DNA of 64,000 nt, from positions 372,001 through 436,000 of the forward strand of contig QPMI01000494.1 in assembly GCA_004431415.1 (NCBI GenBank), written 5' to 3'. The stretch is from Cyanophora paradoxa CCMP329 (taxonomy: Eukaryota > Plantae > Glaucophyta). Shown here one piece after another: positions 12,412 to 23,745 of the stretch (the stretch's first letter is position 1; every line of letters begins with the position of its first letter). The notes beneath the pieces are model-generated. The model was not told the origin of the DNA and ran no database searches. It saw only the letters and a program-made list of their open reading frames with translations. The translations under genes and the position numbers were made by a program.

Positions 12412-15400
12412 ATGGGGTTCGTGCAGTCGAAGCCCGCGCCGTCAGCGCCGACCACCGTCAGCGTCGGCGGGGTCACGGTTGCGACGGGTCCGTGTGTGCC
12501 TGGAGCTGCAGCTCGTCGCGAGCCTGGTCCCCGCGGAAGCTTAAGACCCTAGGCCTGCGCATGCTCCGATACGGATGCGCCGGGCGCCGCGGCGCATAAA
12601 TAGCTGACGATGGTGCTCGGACCAAATCTCGGTGCCCGCAGGCAGCGCGAGCAAGGCCTGCTTCACGGTGGGTCGCTTCGGAACCCTTGAATCCCATCTG
12701 CCGCAGCTGCACTCAGTGACTGCGGCAGGCTTAAAGCTAGGGTTTCGGTCCAGCTATATACATGTATAGGCCCAGCTATGTATAGGCCTAACTATAGGCT
12801 TCTGCATAATGATTAAATATTCGTGGTTGTGTACATGTAGGCGGCCACACGCTCTAACACGCACATATTCGCAGGGTCCGGACTGCACTGGGAGCAAGGT
12901 TCTTGCGACGAGCGGAGTCAGCAGCGACTTCTGGAAAGCGTGAGCATTCTCTTATAATTATAATTACAACCTGGGATTCCAGAGCGCATCTTTTTTAATA
13001 ATTTCTTGCAAATACGTAAACGCATGCATATGTTCGCGTACACGACAAATAGCTTTAATTTCAATATATATCAAAATGCATCGCCGGCTCCTGCCAAGGC
13101 GCTGCCGAGGTTGTTTCAGCCGATTTGATATCGATATGTGCACGTGCAGTTGCTATATTGCAATGGCACGTTTTGTACATATGCATGTAGGTTCCTAAAT
13201 CAGGGTCCACTAGCTATATATATAGTACTTCTCGCTTCCACTCTTCATGCCAAGAACTGTGTCTCTCCCGAGCCCGCTGGCAGCCGCGATCTCCCCTTGT
13301 TCCTTTTAGTATCCGACTACCGCTTACGGCGACGCACGCGCAGATGCCAGAACAACAGTCACAAGTCCCTGGGAGTCCAGCAGACCGACGACAGCACGAA
13401 AGCCAAGTGCTTCAATGTGAGCAGCTCCGGCGAGGTCGACGCCATGAAGACGTGAGCACCGCAATCTCGCGATCGCCTCATAGAAATAAATCGTGTTTGA
13501 CAGCATTTGTTCTGCTCATATTCTTCATTATCTATGCTCCACCGCGAGACTGATGCTGGCACCCGCGCGCGCAGTGTGCCTTGGCAGTTGAAGGTCGGCG
13601 GGTTCGAGCCCGAGCGAGGTTCGCATTGCACAGTGCCCTCGATATCGATGCCAGCTGCAACTAATACGCTGCGATCGAACTCATTGTCTCCGTGTCTGCG
13701 CAATGCAGGCAACGATAACAAGGCTTGCTTCACGGTGGGTCCTTTTTGCCCCTAGGCCTTGATGTCCACACGCCTCGGGTCTTCAGCTTGGTCATATGTC
13801 AACTGTCCATCTGTCGCTGGTCCTTGCGCGAAGCTGCATTGTGATAGTACCTCGAATGCGCATACGCAGGGGCCGGACTGCACTGGGAGCAAGGTTCTCG
13901 CGACGGGCGGCGTCGGAGGCGACTTCTGGAAAGCGTGAGCATTCTCTTGTAATTATAATTACAACATGGGATCCCGGAGCGCAATTCTGTTAACTACTTC
14001 TGCCTATATGCATGCTTAAGCTTACGCATGCTCTGACTACGTAACTACACCACTTGCAATTGTGGCACCGGCTACGTATTTACTGGCATGGGCCACGCGT
14101 GCCATGTGCAGATGCCAGAACAACAGTCACAAGTCCCTGGGAGTCCAGCAGACCGACGACAGCACGAAAGCCAAATGCTTCAACGTGAGCAGCTCCGGCG
14201 AGGTCGACGCCATGAAGACGTGAGCACCGCAACCTCGCCTCATATATATAGAGATAATCTGCAGCTGCACGTTTCAAGTTTTGACAGCATGTGTCCTGCT
14301 CATTCTCTATAACTATAATCTAACTTATATAATTAGTAAGCTCGATCGCGAGACTGAAGCTTGCATCCGGCCGCGGATCCGCGCAGCGTGCCTTGGGACT
14401 TGAAGGCCGGCGGGTTCGAGGTCGAGCGGGGTACGTGTGATGCGCGCGTGTAAGCTACATACAATTTTAGTCTGCGTCTGTGCTATAAATAGCCACGGCT
14501 AATCCTGCACGATCACGAGCGCGCGCCCATGCCCACTGTGCTCCACCTAATATCGGGCCCCTGCAGGCGGTTTCTCCAAGGCCTGCTTCACGGTGTGTTC
14601 CACGCTCTTTTTAGTCTCACTTCGGTTCCTTCGAGCTCCTTCTCCCCTTCCCCTCCGGGTCCCCGCTCCGGCGAGGTCCCGGCCTCGCCCGGAATTAAGA
14701 TCGAATCTTATAATATTGATCAAGCTTGAGCTCCAGCGGCTTAGTCGTGTGCATCTTGCACGGTCGCTCGCGTGCTTATGATTATGATCATGACCGTCAG
14801 TTAACGTTCATGCTTCTCTGCAGGGATCGGACTGCACTGGAAGCAGGGTGCTCGCGACAGACGGAGTCGGGAGTGACTTCTGGAAAGCGTGCGTGACCAG
14901 GCCGGTGCCTGAATCGTCGCCCCTCGCTGGGCCATACAACTTTAAATTTGAAAGCAGACATGATGAGACCATGAGTTCATTGCAATTGCATGTCTTTAAT
15001 TGCTTTCCCAGAGATTGCAGTGGAAGTCTATAGTTCGTGATCAATGTCTTCTTGAGCGTCGAATTAACGTTGTTCCAGCCAATTTACGTATACTGCGCTA
15101 GTGATTTCGATGTATGATTATTTTGAATTCGCTAACGGCCGCGCAGATGCCAAGCCAACGGTCATAAATCACTGAGCGTTCAGCAAAGCGGCGACAAGGA
15201 GAAAGCTACCTGCTACAATGTCGGTACCTCGGGCGAGTCCAACACATTCAAGCTGTGAGCGCCCGCGACCGCGAATTATCATGAATTTAGTCGCGTCATC
15301 TGCTTAAAAAGCTTGTAATGAAGATCACCCGTACACGTAACCCCATGCACTGCGTATTAACGTTCGGGCAGTGTGCTCTGGGATCCCATTTCCGTCGGTG

Positions 15401-18400
15401 GGGTCGATGTCGCAAAGGGTGCGTATCATGATCATTATAATTATAAGTAGTCGCGATCACGTGTACTCGATCTGGGCAACGCAAACGTTCATAGTATGCG
15501 AATTTCGCACATATGTGATTCACGATCTCCCTGCCTGCAGGCGACTCCACCAGAGCCTGCTTCACGGTGTGTAATCTCGATTATGTGTGCGTTAACGTTC
15601 ACGCGATAGCGACATGATATTGCTACCGCAACGCAGGGATCCGACTGCACTGGGAGCAAGATTCTCGAGACAAACGGCGTCGGCGGCGACTTCTGGAAAG
15701 CGTGAGCAATTAATATTATTGCTCAGTGAGAGTTCATTTACTGTCTTCTTATTGCGAGGGGCCGCGCAGATGCCAAGCCAACGGTCACAAAGCCTTCGGA
15801 ATTCAGCAGAAGACTCAGAACGGCGGAGATATTACGATGGCCGACTGCTACAACTTCGACGTGTATGGCTGGGGATCGGGACCGAGTGACCTCGTGAAGA
15901 CGTGAGCATCGCTAGCTTCACCCAATAGGCATACAACGAAACAGCATCATTTATATCTGAAATTTCGACGACACATCCACTAACTTCGTATAATAGCCGA
16001 TAGCGCGGCTGAGGCTCGTGATCAGCGGCCGAGGCCCCAATTTCTAATCTTCGTATACGTAGCGTGCACTGGAACTCGACCGTCGGGGGGGTCGACATTC
16101 CGTGGGGTGCGTCTGGTGTGCAATCGATCGCTTCTGATCGGAGACTGAACTGTCAACGCGCATGCGCATTTTGCTCCTGCTCACGCAGGCCTCGATAACA
16201 AAGCCTGCTTCACGGTGTGTATCGTTTAAACTTTTTTAAACAATCAGCTTCGAACTCGTGCACGTGCATTCGGCTCGCGATTCTCGTAGACATCAGGCTG
16301 AGAAATTCGCATGCGCCGTATATATGCTGGAAACGTCGACCACGCATGTGAAATTAAAAGCCATAGATTCTAATTCGCACTTGCAGGGACCAGACTGCAC
16401 TGGAAGCAAGGTTCTCGCGACGATAGGCGTTGGCGTTGACTTCTGGAAAGCGTGAGTGCTACCTTTTATCCCGGGGGCTCATGGGCCGGATCATCTAGAT
16501 ATCTTATAAGTACCTGTTCATATGCACTGAGGCACATAATATATGCATTTTAATTTTATCATGGCTGTTCAAGCTAAACATTCCGACATAGCGAGATTCC
16601 GACATTCGATTTTTCAATTCATTCGATTTTCTTTTTCACAATTCACTGCAACTTTTCTTTTGCTTTTCAATTCACTGCCGCTTTCGCGCACGCAGATGCC
16701 AAACCAACGGCCACAAATCACTGGCTATTCAAAAGAGAGACATGTACAACGGCAAGTTTCTTACGAAAGCTGAATGCTTCAATGTGGATGGCTCCGGCGA
16801 GGTTTCAACGGATAAGATGTGAGCCCCTCGACTGCGCTGAATGATTAATATTGTGCATGCTGCGCGTCCTCATTGTAAGCTTTTGGGCTGCAGCGTGCCT
16901 TGGGACTTGAAGGTCGGAGGGCTCGAAGTCGAGCGGGGTACGCGTGTCGCGCGCGTGCAAGTGCCCCGGGCCCTGTCCCGTGAACTCTAGCTACATAAAC
17001 AATTCTAGTCTAGATCTGTGTCTGTGCAATAAATAGCAACGGCTTATCCACCACGTGCAGGCAACGACAGCAAAACCTGCTTCACGGTGAGTCGCTCGAA
17101 TTCAAACCCCATGCCCCCGCTGTCCACCGCCGCCCTCTTTTTCGCTTTCCCACTCCTCCTTTCTTGCCCTTTCCTTCCATTCGCACCCTCCCGAACCCCA
17201 TTTTTCCCCGGTCCCGCTTGCACCTGCCTTTTCCAACCCCCCAAACCCCCTAGACCCTTTTCCTATCCTCTTCCCCCACCCGCCCACTGGGCCACTCTCA
17301 TCGCTTCTCCACTATGGCATTCTTTAACCGCGTCCTCTTGAGTTTCTGGGTTCGAACTCAGGCCGGACGAATCAATCCCGCTTCGAATCCCAGTGTGCAC
17401 GTGATCGTTGGGGTGTTTTGATAATAACCCAACGCTGGGGGACCCCGGCACATAGTTATTATAGCTGCTCTCACTGTGCGTTCCCATAAGAACACGCGCA
17501 TAGGGAGAAGGCTCTGCGAGGAAGGGTAATTGCCCCAGCTACAGTCCGGCCCGGCCGGAGAACCCCTAAGGGGAGCAAATGGTTTTTCTGTTGGACTCTT
17601 TCATTCCCACCGGCGCCCCCTTCCATCACTGCTGGACTGTTCTGCTTAAATTAGAACTGTTCTGCTTAAATTGTAGGCCTCTGCGCCCCCCGAAGCATCC
17701 ACGATCCCAGAAGTGGATGCATGGCCGCGTATGACGCATCTCGCAGGAATCGGACTGCATTGGAAGCAGGGTGCTCGCCACAGACGGAGTCGGGAGTGAC
17801 TTTTGGAAAGCGTGCGTGGCAAAGCCGGTGTCTGAATCGTCGCCCCCCGCGGCCGCTAGGCCATACAACTTTGAAAGCAGACATGATATAAAAGATAGTT
17901 CGTTGCAATTGCATGTCTTTGATTGCTTCCCCAAGAACTTGCAATGTGAAGTCTATAATTCGTGACCAATTTCTTCTTATAATTAAGCGTCGAATTCTTA
18001 CAGCCAATCTACGTATACTGCGCTAGTGGTTTCAATCTACATATGTCACCATGATTATTTTGATTCGCTAACGGCCATGCAGATGCCAAGCCAACGGTCA
18101 TAAATCACTGAGCGTTCAGCAAAGCGGCGACAAGGAGAAAGCTACCTGCTACAATGTAGATACCTCGGGCGAGTCCAACACATTCAAGACGTGAGCGCTC
18201 GCGACCGCTAATATTGCATTCGCGATCGCAACGTCTGGGGTCGGCACTGCGTATTAACGTTCGCGCAGTGTGCTCTGGGATCGATATCCGAATGCCGTTG
18301 GCGGGATCGATGTCTCGAAGGGTGCGCGTAATTAATATTAGTCATGTGTAATCGCGATCGATCTGTGCAATGTACTTGCGGAATCATTGAATATATACTA

Positions 18401-21400
18401 AATATATATTATCCCTGCCTGCAGGCACCTCTAACAAAGCCTGCTTCACGGTATGTATATCTGTTTCGATGTCTTCATCTCATTTAAATGTTACCTATAT
18501 AGATATCGCTCAAGATTAAATTTCGAGATCTAGATCTCCAATCTTTCTCTTTCGTGGAAGGCTATATCATGTGACTCGTCAGAATATAATAATGTGCGTC
18601 CGCAGGGATCGGGATGCACAGGACACAAGATTCTTGCAACAGATGGTGTCGGCAGCGATTTTTGGAAAGCGTGAGCGGCCCAATATATTTTTAATGGCAA
18701 TAAAATTTCTATAAACCTATTCTCTTCTCTGTTAATATATGTTGATAACATTCCATAGCTGTACTTCGGCTCCAGTCGTTTGAGCAATTGATGTATATGA
18801 TTTCGCCGTACGCGTCGTACCGCAACAAGCGACTGTTTAACTTAATAATGAGCTTGTTCAGTGAATATCAGTAGTTCCTTACGCGTACACATGCGGCTAC
18901 GTATACGCAGATGTCAAAGCAATGGTCATCATTCTCTCGCCGTTCAAGCGAAACCACCGTACGACAGCAGGAAAGCCGAATGCTTCGAAGTGGACGAAAC
19001 CGGCGAGAAGAACTTGAACAAAACGTGGGCCCTGCTCTTCTCGCCTCGCGATCGAGCTTGTGCTTGGTCATGACCACGGTGATCGCTTGCAATTGATTAA
19101 CCCGCTATTTGCACAGCGTCCCATGGGATCCCGTTCATGTTGGGGGGGTCAACGTGTGGAAGGGTACATCTTTGCGTCATTTATCGCTGGAGTCGCCTCC
19201 ATATGTGCATGCATTTGACCGATTTCAACTTTGGCCTGCAGGCGACGATACGAAAGCCTGCTACACGGTGTGCTATTTTCTGCAGCTGATGGCCGTGTTT
19301 TAATTTCGTCGCTGCCGGATTCTAGCTTGGGCAATTCGACCCTGCTCTCATTATAGCAGTATATATCTGTGTGTACATACGCAGATTTTGAGCTCCCTAT
19401 ATAGCTACGCCTGCACCTAGAATTATATGTTCTCCAGGAGGGGAGAGGCCTCCGGCTCCCCCGTTTGAATTCGCTATTGGTTAGACAAGGGTCCCAGTCC
19501 CCCATCGCGCGAGGGAAAGTCGGGGGCCTGATCAGATCTGGCGCTTCGAATTATATGCTTTATATATATCAAAGAACTTCGACGTCAGCGTTGGCGTCGT
19601 GTATAGAGAAGAACTTCGACGTCGACGTTCGACAAGCCATATATCTAGATCTGATTGTAGCTGCTCGCAGGAGCCGGATTGCAACGGAGAAAAGGTTCTT
19701 GCGACAAGTGGTGTCGGTGGTGACTTCTGGAAAGCGTGCGTGATTTGGGACCGCATGCACGTGCAATATAATGTTTCTCACTGCACCTTATTTCTCCGTT
19801 TCTCTAAGATACCATTTCCGATCGCTCATGGATATGTGCACGTATATATGCGCAGATGCGTCGCCAACGGCCACAAATCCTCGGTTACTCAGCGGACCGA
19901 CGACAGCACGAAAGCCAAATGTTACAACGTGAGCAGCTCCGGCGAGGTCGACGCCAAGAAGACGTGAGCACCGTGAATTTGTCTCATATAAAGATTATCT
20001 GCATGTTTGCGCCGCGACTTTAAATTTGCATGTATCCGCTGGCATCTCTATGAATTATCTTGGCCAACCCTCGACGCTGATAGCAAAGCGTGATAATTGC
20101 ACTGACGAAGGACATCTCCCAGCGTGTTCTGGGAGCCCAAATACGTCGGGGGAGTCAACGTCGCGCTGGGTGCGTGTGTTGTATCCTCGCAAATATTAAT
20201 GCTTAGATTTCTGGTGTATATTGTGCATGTCACGCGTACGGCTAGGGATCGTGATAAGATCAGTGGCACTGTACATGTGCTGCAGCACTGCTGACCTCCT
20301 CAATTTAATCACTAGCCGCCTCGCTTACGGCGCGGCCCTTAACCCTACCAAGACCCCGTTGCCCCTTATGCCCCGACGACCTTTGAACATGTATTCCCGC
20401 GGCGAGGGACACGCCGCGACCTGTCTACTTGTATATGTAGTTCCAATCTCTTTTTTTTGAAGCAAGCGTGTGTTCTCGCATTACCTCGGCACTGTACTAC
20501 CTCGACTCCTATATGTAGTTCTAATCTCGAGCTTAAGCATTTTTGCTCGTCTTCGCGTACTGAACTCCGGCTGATCATGACCGTGCGTGGGAATTCGGCC
20601 TCTTAGGAGACTCCAACAAAGCTTGCTTCACGGTACTTTTTTTTCGATCTTCAAATTCCGTTCTCCGATTCTCCAATCTCAAATGAGGACAGTAACTTTA
20701 ATACGTATAGCTGTAGTCGTGGCAGCACAAAATATTGGTGTGACGTTGACACTTCTTTGCAGGAGCCGGACTGCAATGGACAGAAGGTTCTCGAGACAAA
20801 AGGCGTCGGCAGCGACTTTTGGAAAGCGTGAGTTAATCTCTATATCTTGGAAAATCATCCCTAGATTCTCTATCGTTCCTCTAAGAGAAAATCTGCAAAA
20901 GTCAAGATTCAATCGCATTGCTCTCCCAACGGTCTCCATGCCATGCGCCCAAGTTCTGATTCCAGTCACTTCACATTCTAGCAAATTATGGCATAAATTG
21001 ACATTAAGCATATGCATATTTGTGATTTCACGCCTTTATTCGCATAACTGCCGTGCTGAACTTGGGGTACGCAGATGTGTGGCTGCCGGTCACAAATCCA
21101 TGGTCGTCCAGGTAACGAACAACTACACGACTAATAATTGCTTCAATGTGAGCAGTTCCGGCGAAAAAGCCACTTATTCAGTGTAAGCCCCGACACTCTG
21201 CGTCATAGAGCGTGAACACCGCGCGCGCTTTATACGTGCTCGGGTCATTAATCGCTGCTCTACAATGCAACGCTGAGGCCGGAATCCGATCCGCGCAGCA
21301 AGCCGTGGGACCCCATAAGCGTCGGCGGGATCAACGTTTCGAAGGGTGCGTGTGACGCGCACGCGGGTTCCGTAGCGAGCGCTTTCCGGAGCTCCATATT

Positions 21401-22237
21401 TCTCTCCTAGTTTGATCTAGACTGAACGATCGCGATGTCTAACGGCATACTGGCAGGCATCCAATATTCGACGTGTTTCACGGTGTGTCGACGTCTCGCT
21501 TGAAAGTGAAATCGCGATCGGCCCTTGATTTCCACTTGCTCCTGCCCCTTCAAGGAGCCTCAAGTACGAAATTAAAAGCGACTCTCATCACCCGCATGCG
21601 CAGGGACCGGACTGCACCGGCGAGAAAGCTCTTGAGTCGAGCGGCGTTAATGACGATGTTTGGAAAGCGTGAGTGGCTCATTGACTACGCGAACCTATAG
21701 CTATTTGACTTGTAGATCACCTCCTGCAGCTGGCCATGCGCATGTATATCCTTCTCTGCCTAATGTAACGCAATTGTGGTCTCGTGCACGCAGATGCCAA
21801 GCAAACGGTTACAAGTCCTACGCTTTTGATTGGAGGCAGCCTGGGAGCGCAAATGGCATCACTGTCCGCTGCTACAACGTGAGTAGCTCCGGCACGATCA
21901 ACACTTGGAAGGAGTGCGTTCCGATTTCTTGATACTCGTGATATAAGTATACTGGATGGTGATTCCGAGCGCTTAAACTTGTGGTTGCAGTATTGCCTGG
22001 CAGCTGGACGAGACCGCCGCACTCGTAGACGAGGCTGCAGCCGATCATGACCTCGAGGCGAGCGTGAACGCACCCCGCTCAGCGGCTAGCGCCCGCCCCC
22101 CTCGCCTCCCCGTCATTCTGCGATCGCAGGGGCCGGTCCTGGAGCTCGATCACGAGGCGGCCGAGGAGCTGGACGTCGAGGGGGCACTGGCGGCTCTCGC
22201 GGCCGATGCCGAGGCTGCCGCCTTTGCTGACGCTTAG
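12412..22237 (+). CDS. ~44-exon gene encoding ten tandem ~81-aa Cys-containing repeats plus an acidic Ala-rich tail
   Basis: ATG 12412 (MGFVQSK...). Recurring GT-AG exons A (65 nt, GPDCTGSKVLATxGVGxDFWKA; starts 12875, 13870, 14824, 15637, 16387, 17747, 18606, 19671, 20763, 21604), B (~108 nt, CQxNGHKSLxVQ...KCFNVSSSGE...KT), C (~44 nt, VPWxxxVGGxxVxxG) and D (26 nt, xxxKACFT). Intron phases are constant and splice in frame; terminal exons end ...AAAFADA* at 22237. Confidence 0.85.
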
Positions 22238-23196
22238 ACAGGCGACTTGAATCCCCCCATTAATATTCATCGGCCGTTTTGAGAAACGTTTAGAAATCGG
22301 CCATTCGATTTTGTAAAGTAAACATATCACGGCTTGTGCGCGCCTCACCGCGGGAATGCCAGGGGGGTGTCCGTGTGTGTGATCTTGAGAGAATTTTAGA
22401 AATCGGCCATTCAATTTTGTATAGTAAACATATCACGGATTGTGCGGGAAGGGAGCGGGGGTGCGGAAAATATGCGGTAGCGCGACGATTACGGCGGCGC
22501 GGCGGGCCAGGCTTCCCACGGTGGATGCCTGATAACGTACCCGTGGGGGTCCACACGCGTGTCAAGCTGCTCGGAAAGTCGCGCACCAGCTCCACCCGAC
22601 CCCCGTAGCCAGAACGCGTTAGATAGGCCAGCCGAGCACGCGCCGACAGCCGACACGCGCACACCATCACCCAGCGCAACCTCCGGAGCCGACAGCCCGC
22701 CCCCGGAGGGACACGACGCCCTGCAGACCCCTTCGCGCCACTTTTTGAATTCCACGGACCCCACCCGGGCCCTGCGCGGAGCACACGGCTGGCGCACTGC
22801 CTTGCTCGATAGAAGATATGAGCTATAAAGCGTGTGAACTGCCGCCTAGCCCTCGCCCGGGTCCCTACCATCGCCCGCGCCCCGTGCCCCGACCCGAACA
22901 CTTTTACTCGTGGCTCTCCACGCAGCGGACATCCGACGCCCAACGCCAGACACCGTGGCCGGCTCTCTCGTGGACGACGCACCCGCCGCCGCACGCCGCC
23001 GCTGCCGCGCCTCGAACGCCGCCCTCTTGCCTCTTTCCCGAGTCCTGACAATGCTTGCCTTCTCGCAGACCGCCATGCACGAAGAACTCTCCATCGCCTC
23101 AGAGCGTCCGCCGGGCTACCTGCACCTCGAGGAGTCCGACCTCGCCGCGGCCGACGCCGCCCTCGGTTCCAGGCCCCAGCGGCCACTGCGCCTGCG

Positions 23197-23229
<33 letters not shown>

Positions 23230-23259
23230 AGGGCCCCCACCCCGTCCTCCAGCGCCTCG

Positions 23260-23745
23260 CCCCGCCCTCCAACGCACCGCCCCGCCCTCCCACGCCGCTC
23301 CCGTCGCCTTCCAGTGTCCCGCCGTCCTCTAGCGCCCTTCGCCCGTCCGCTCTCTCCGTCTTCCTCCCGTGCCCCGCCGCTCTCTCGCGCCCCGCCCCTG
23401 TCGCCCCTCAGCGCCCCGTCGCCCTCCAGCGCCCCGCCCCGCCGCCTCCCCAGTGCCCCGCCCCGAGTGCCCAGCCACTCCCCAGCGCCCCGCCCTCGCC
23501 CTTCAGCGCCCTCCAGCGCCCCGCCTCGCCCTCCAGCCCCCCATCCTGCCCCTCAACGCCCCGCTCCACCCTCCAGCGCCCCGCCCCGCCCTCCAGTGCC
23601 CCGCCCTCGCCGCGCCCCGCCCGCCCCCAGCTCCCCGACCCAGCGTCTCGCCCCCGCCACCCTCCAGCGCCTCGTGTACCCCGCTCCCTGCCCTTCTTCC
23701 CCTCTCTACGCCCCGCCCCCCGCCAACCTCCAGCGCCCCGTGCGC
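23260..23745. repeat. C-rich degenerate tandem repeat (CCCTCCAGCGCCCCGCCCCG-like unit) next to a poly-C tract
   Basis: Many imperfect copies of CCTCCAGCGCCCCGCC; poly-C runs at ~23196-23227 and ~23913-23937. Confidence 0.7.

Noticed and set aside
17340-17400. B-box-like GGTTCGAACTC / TTCGAATCCC (also GGTTCGAATCC at ~6971) as tRNA or SINE
   Set aside because: No cloverleaf or convincing A box could be built by eye; tRNAscan-SE would settle it.
12875-21670. Regularly spaced ~65-bp repeats resembling a CRISPR array
   Set aside because: Units are GT-AG-bounded exons with codon-position variation, spaced ~0.8-1.4 kb apart; eukaryotic context and no cas genes.
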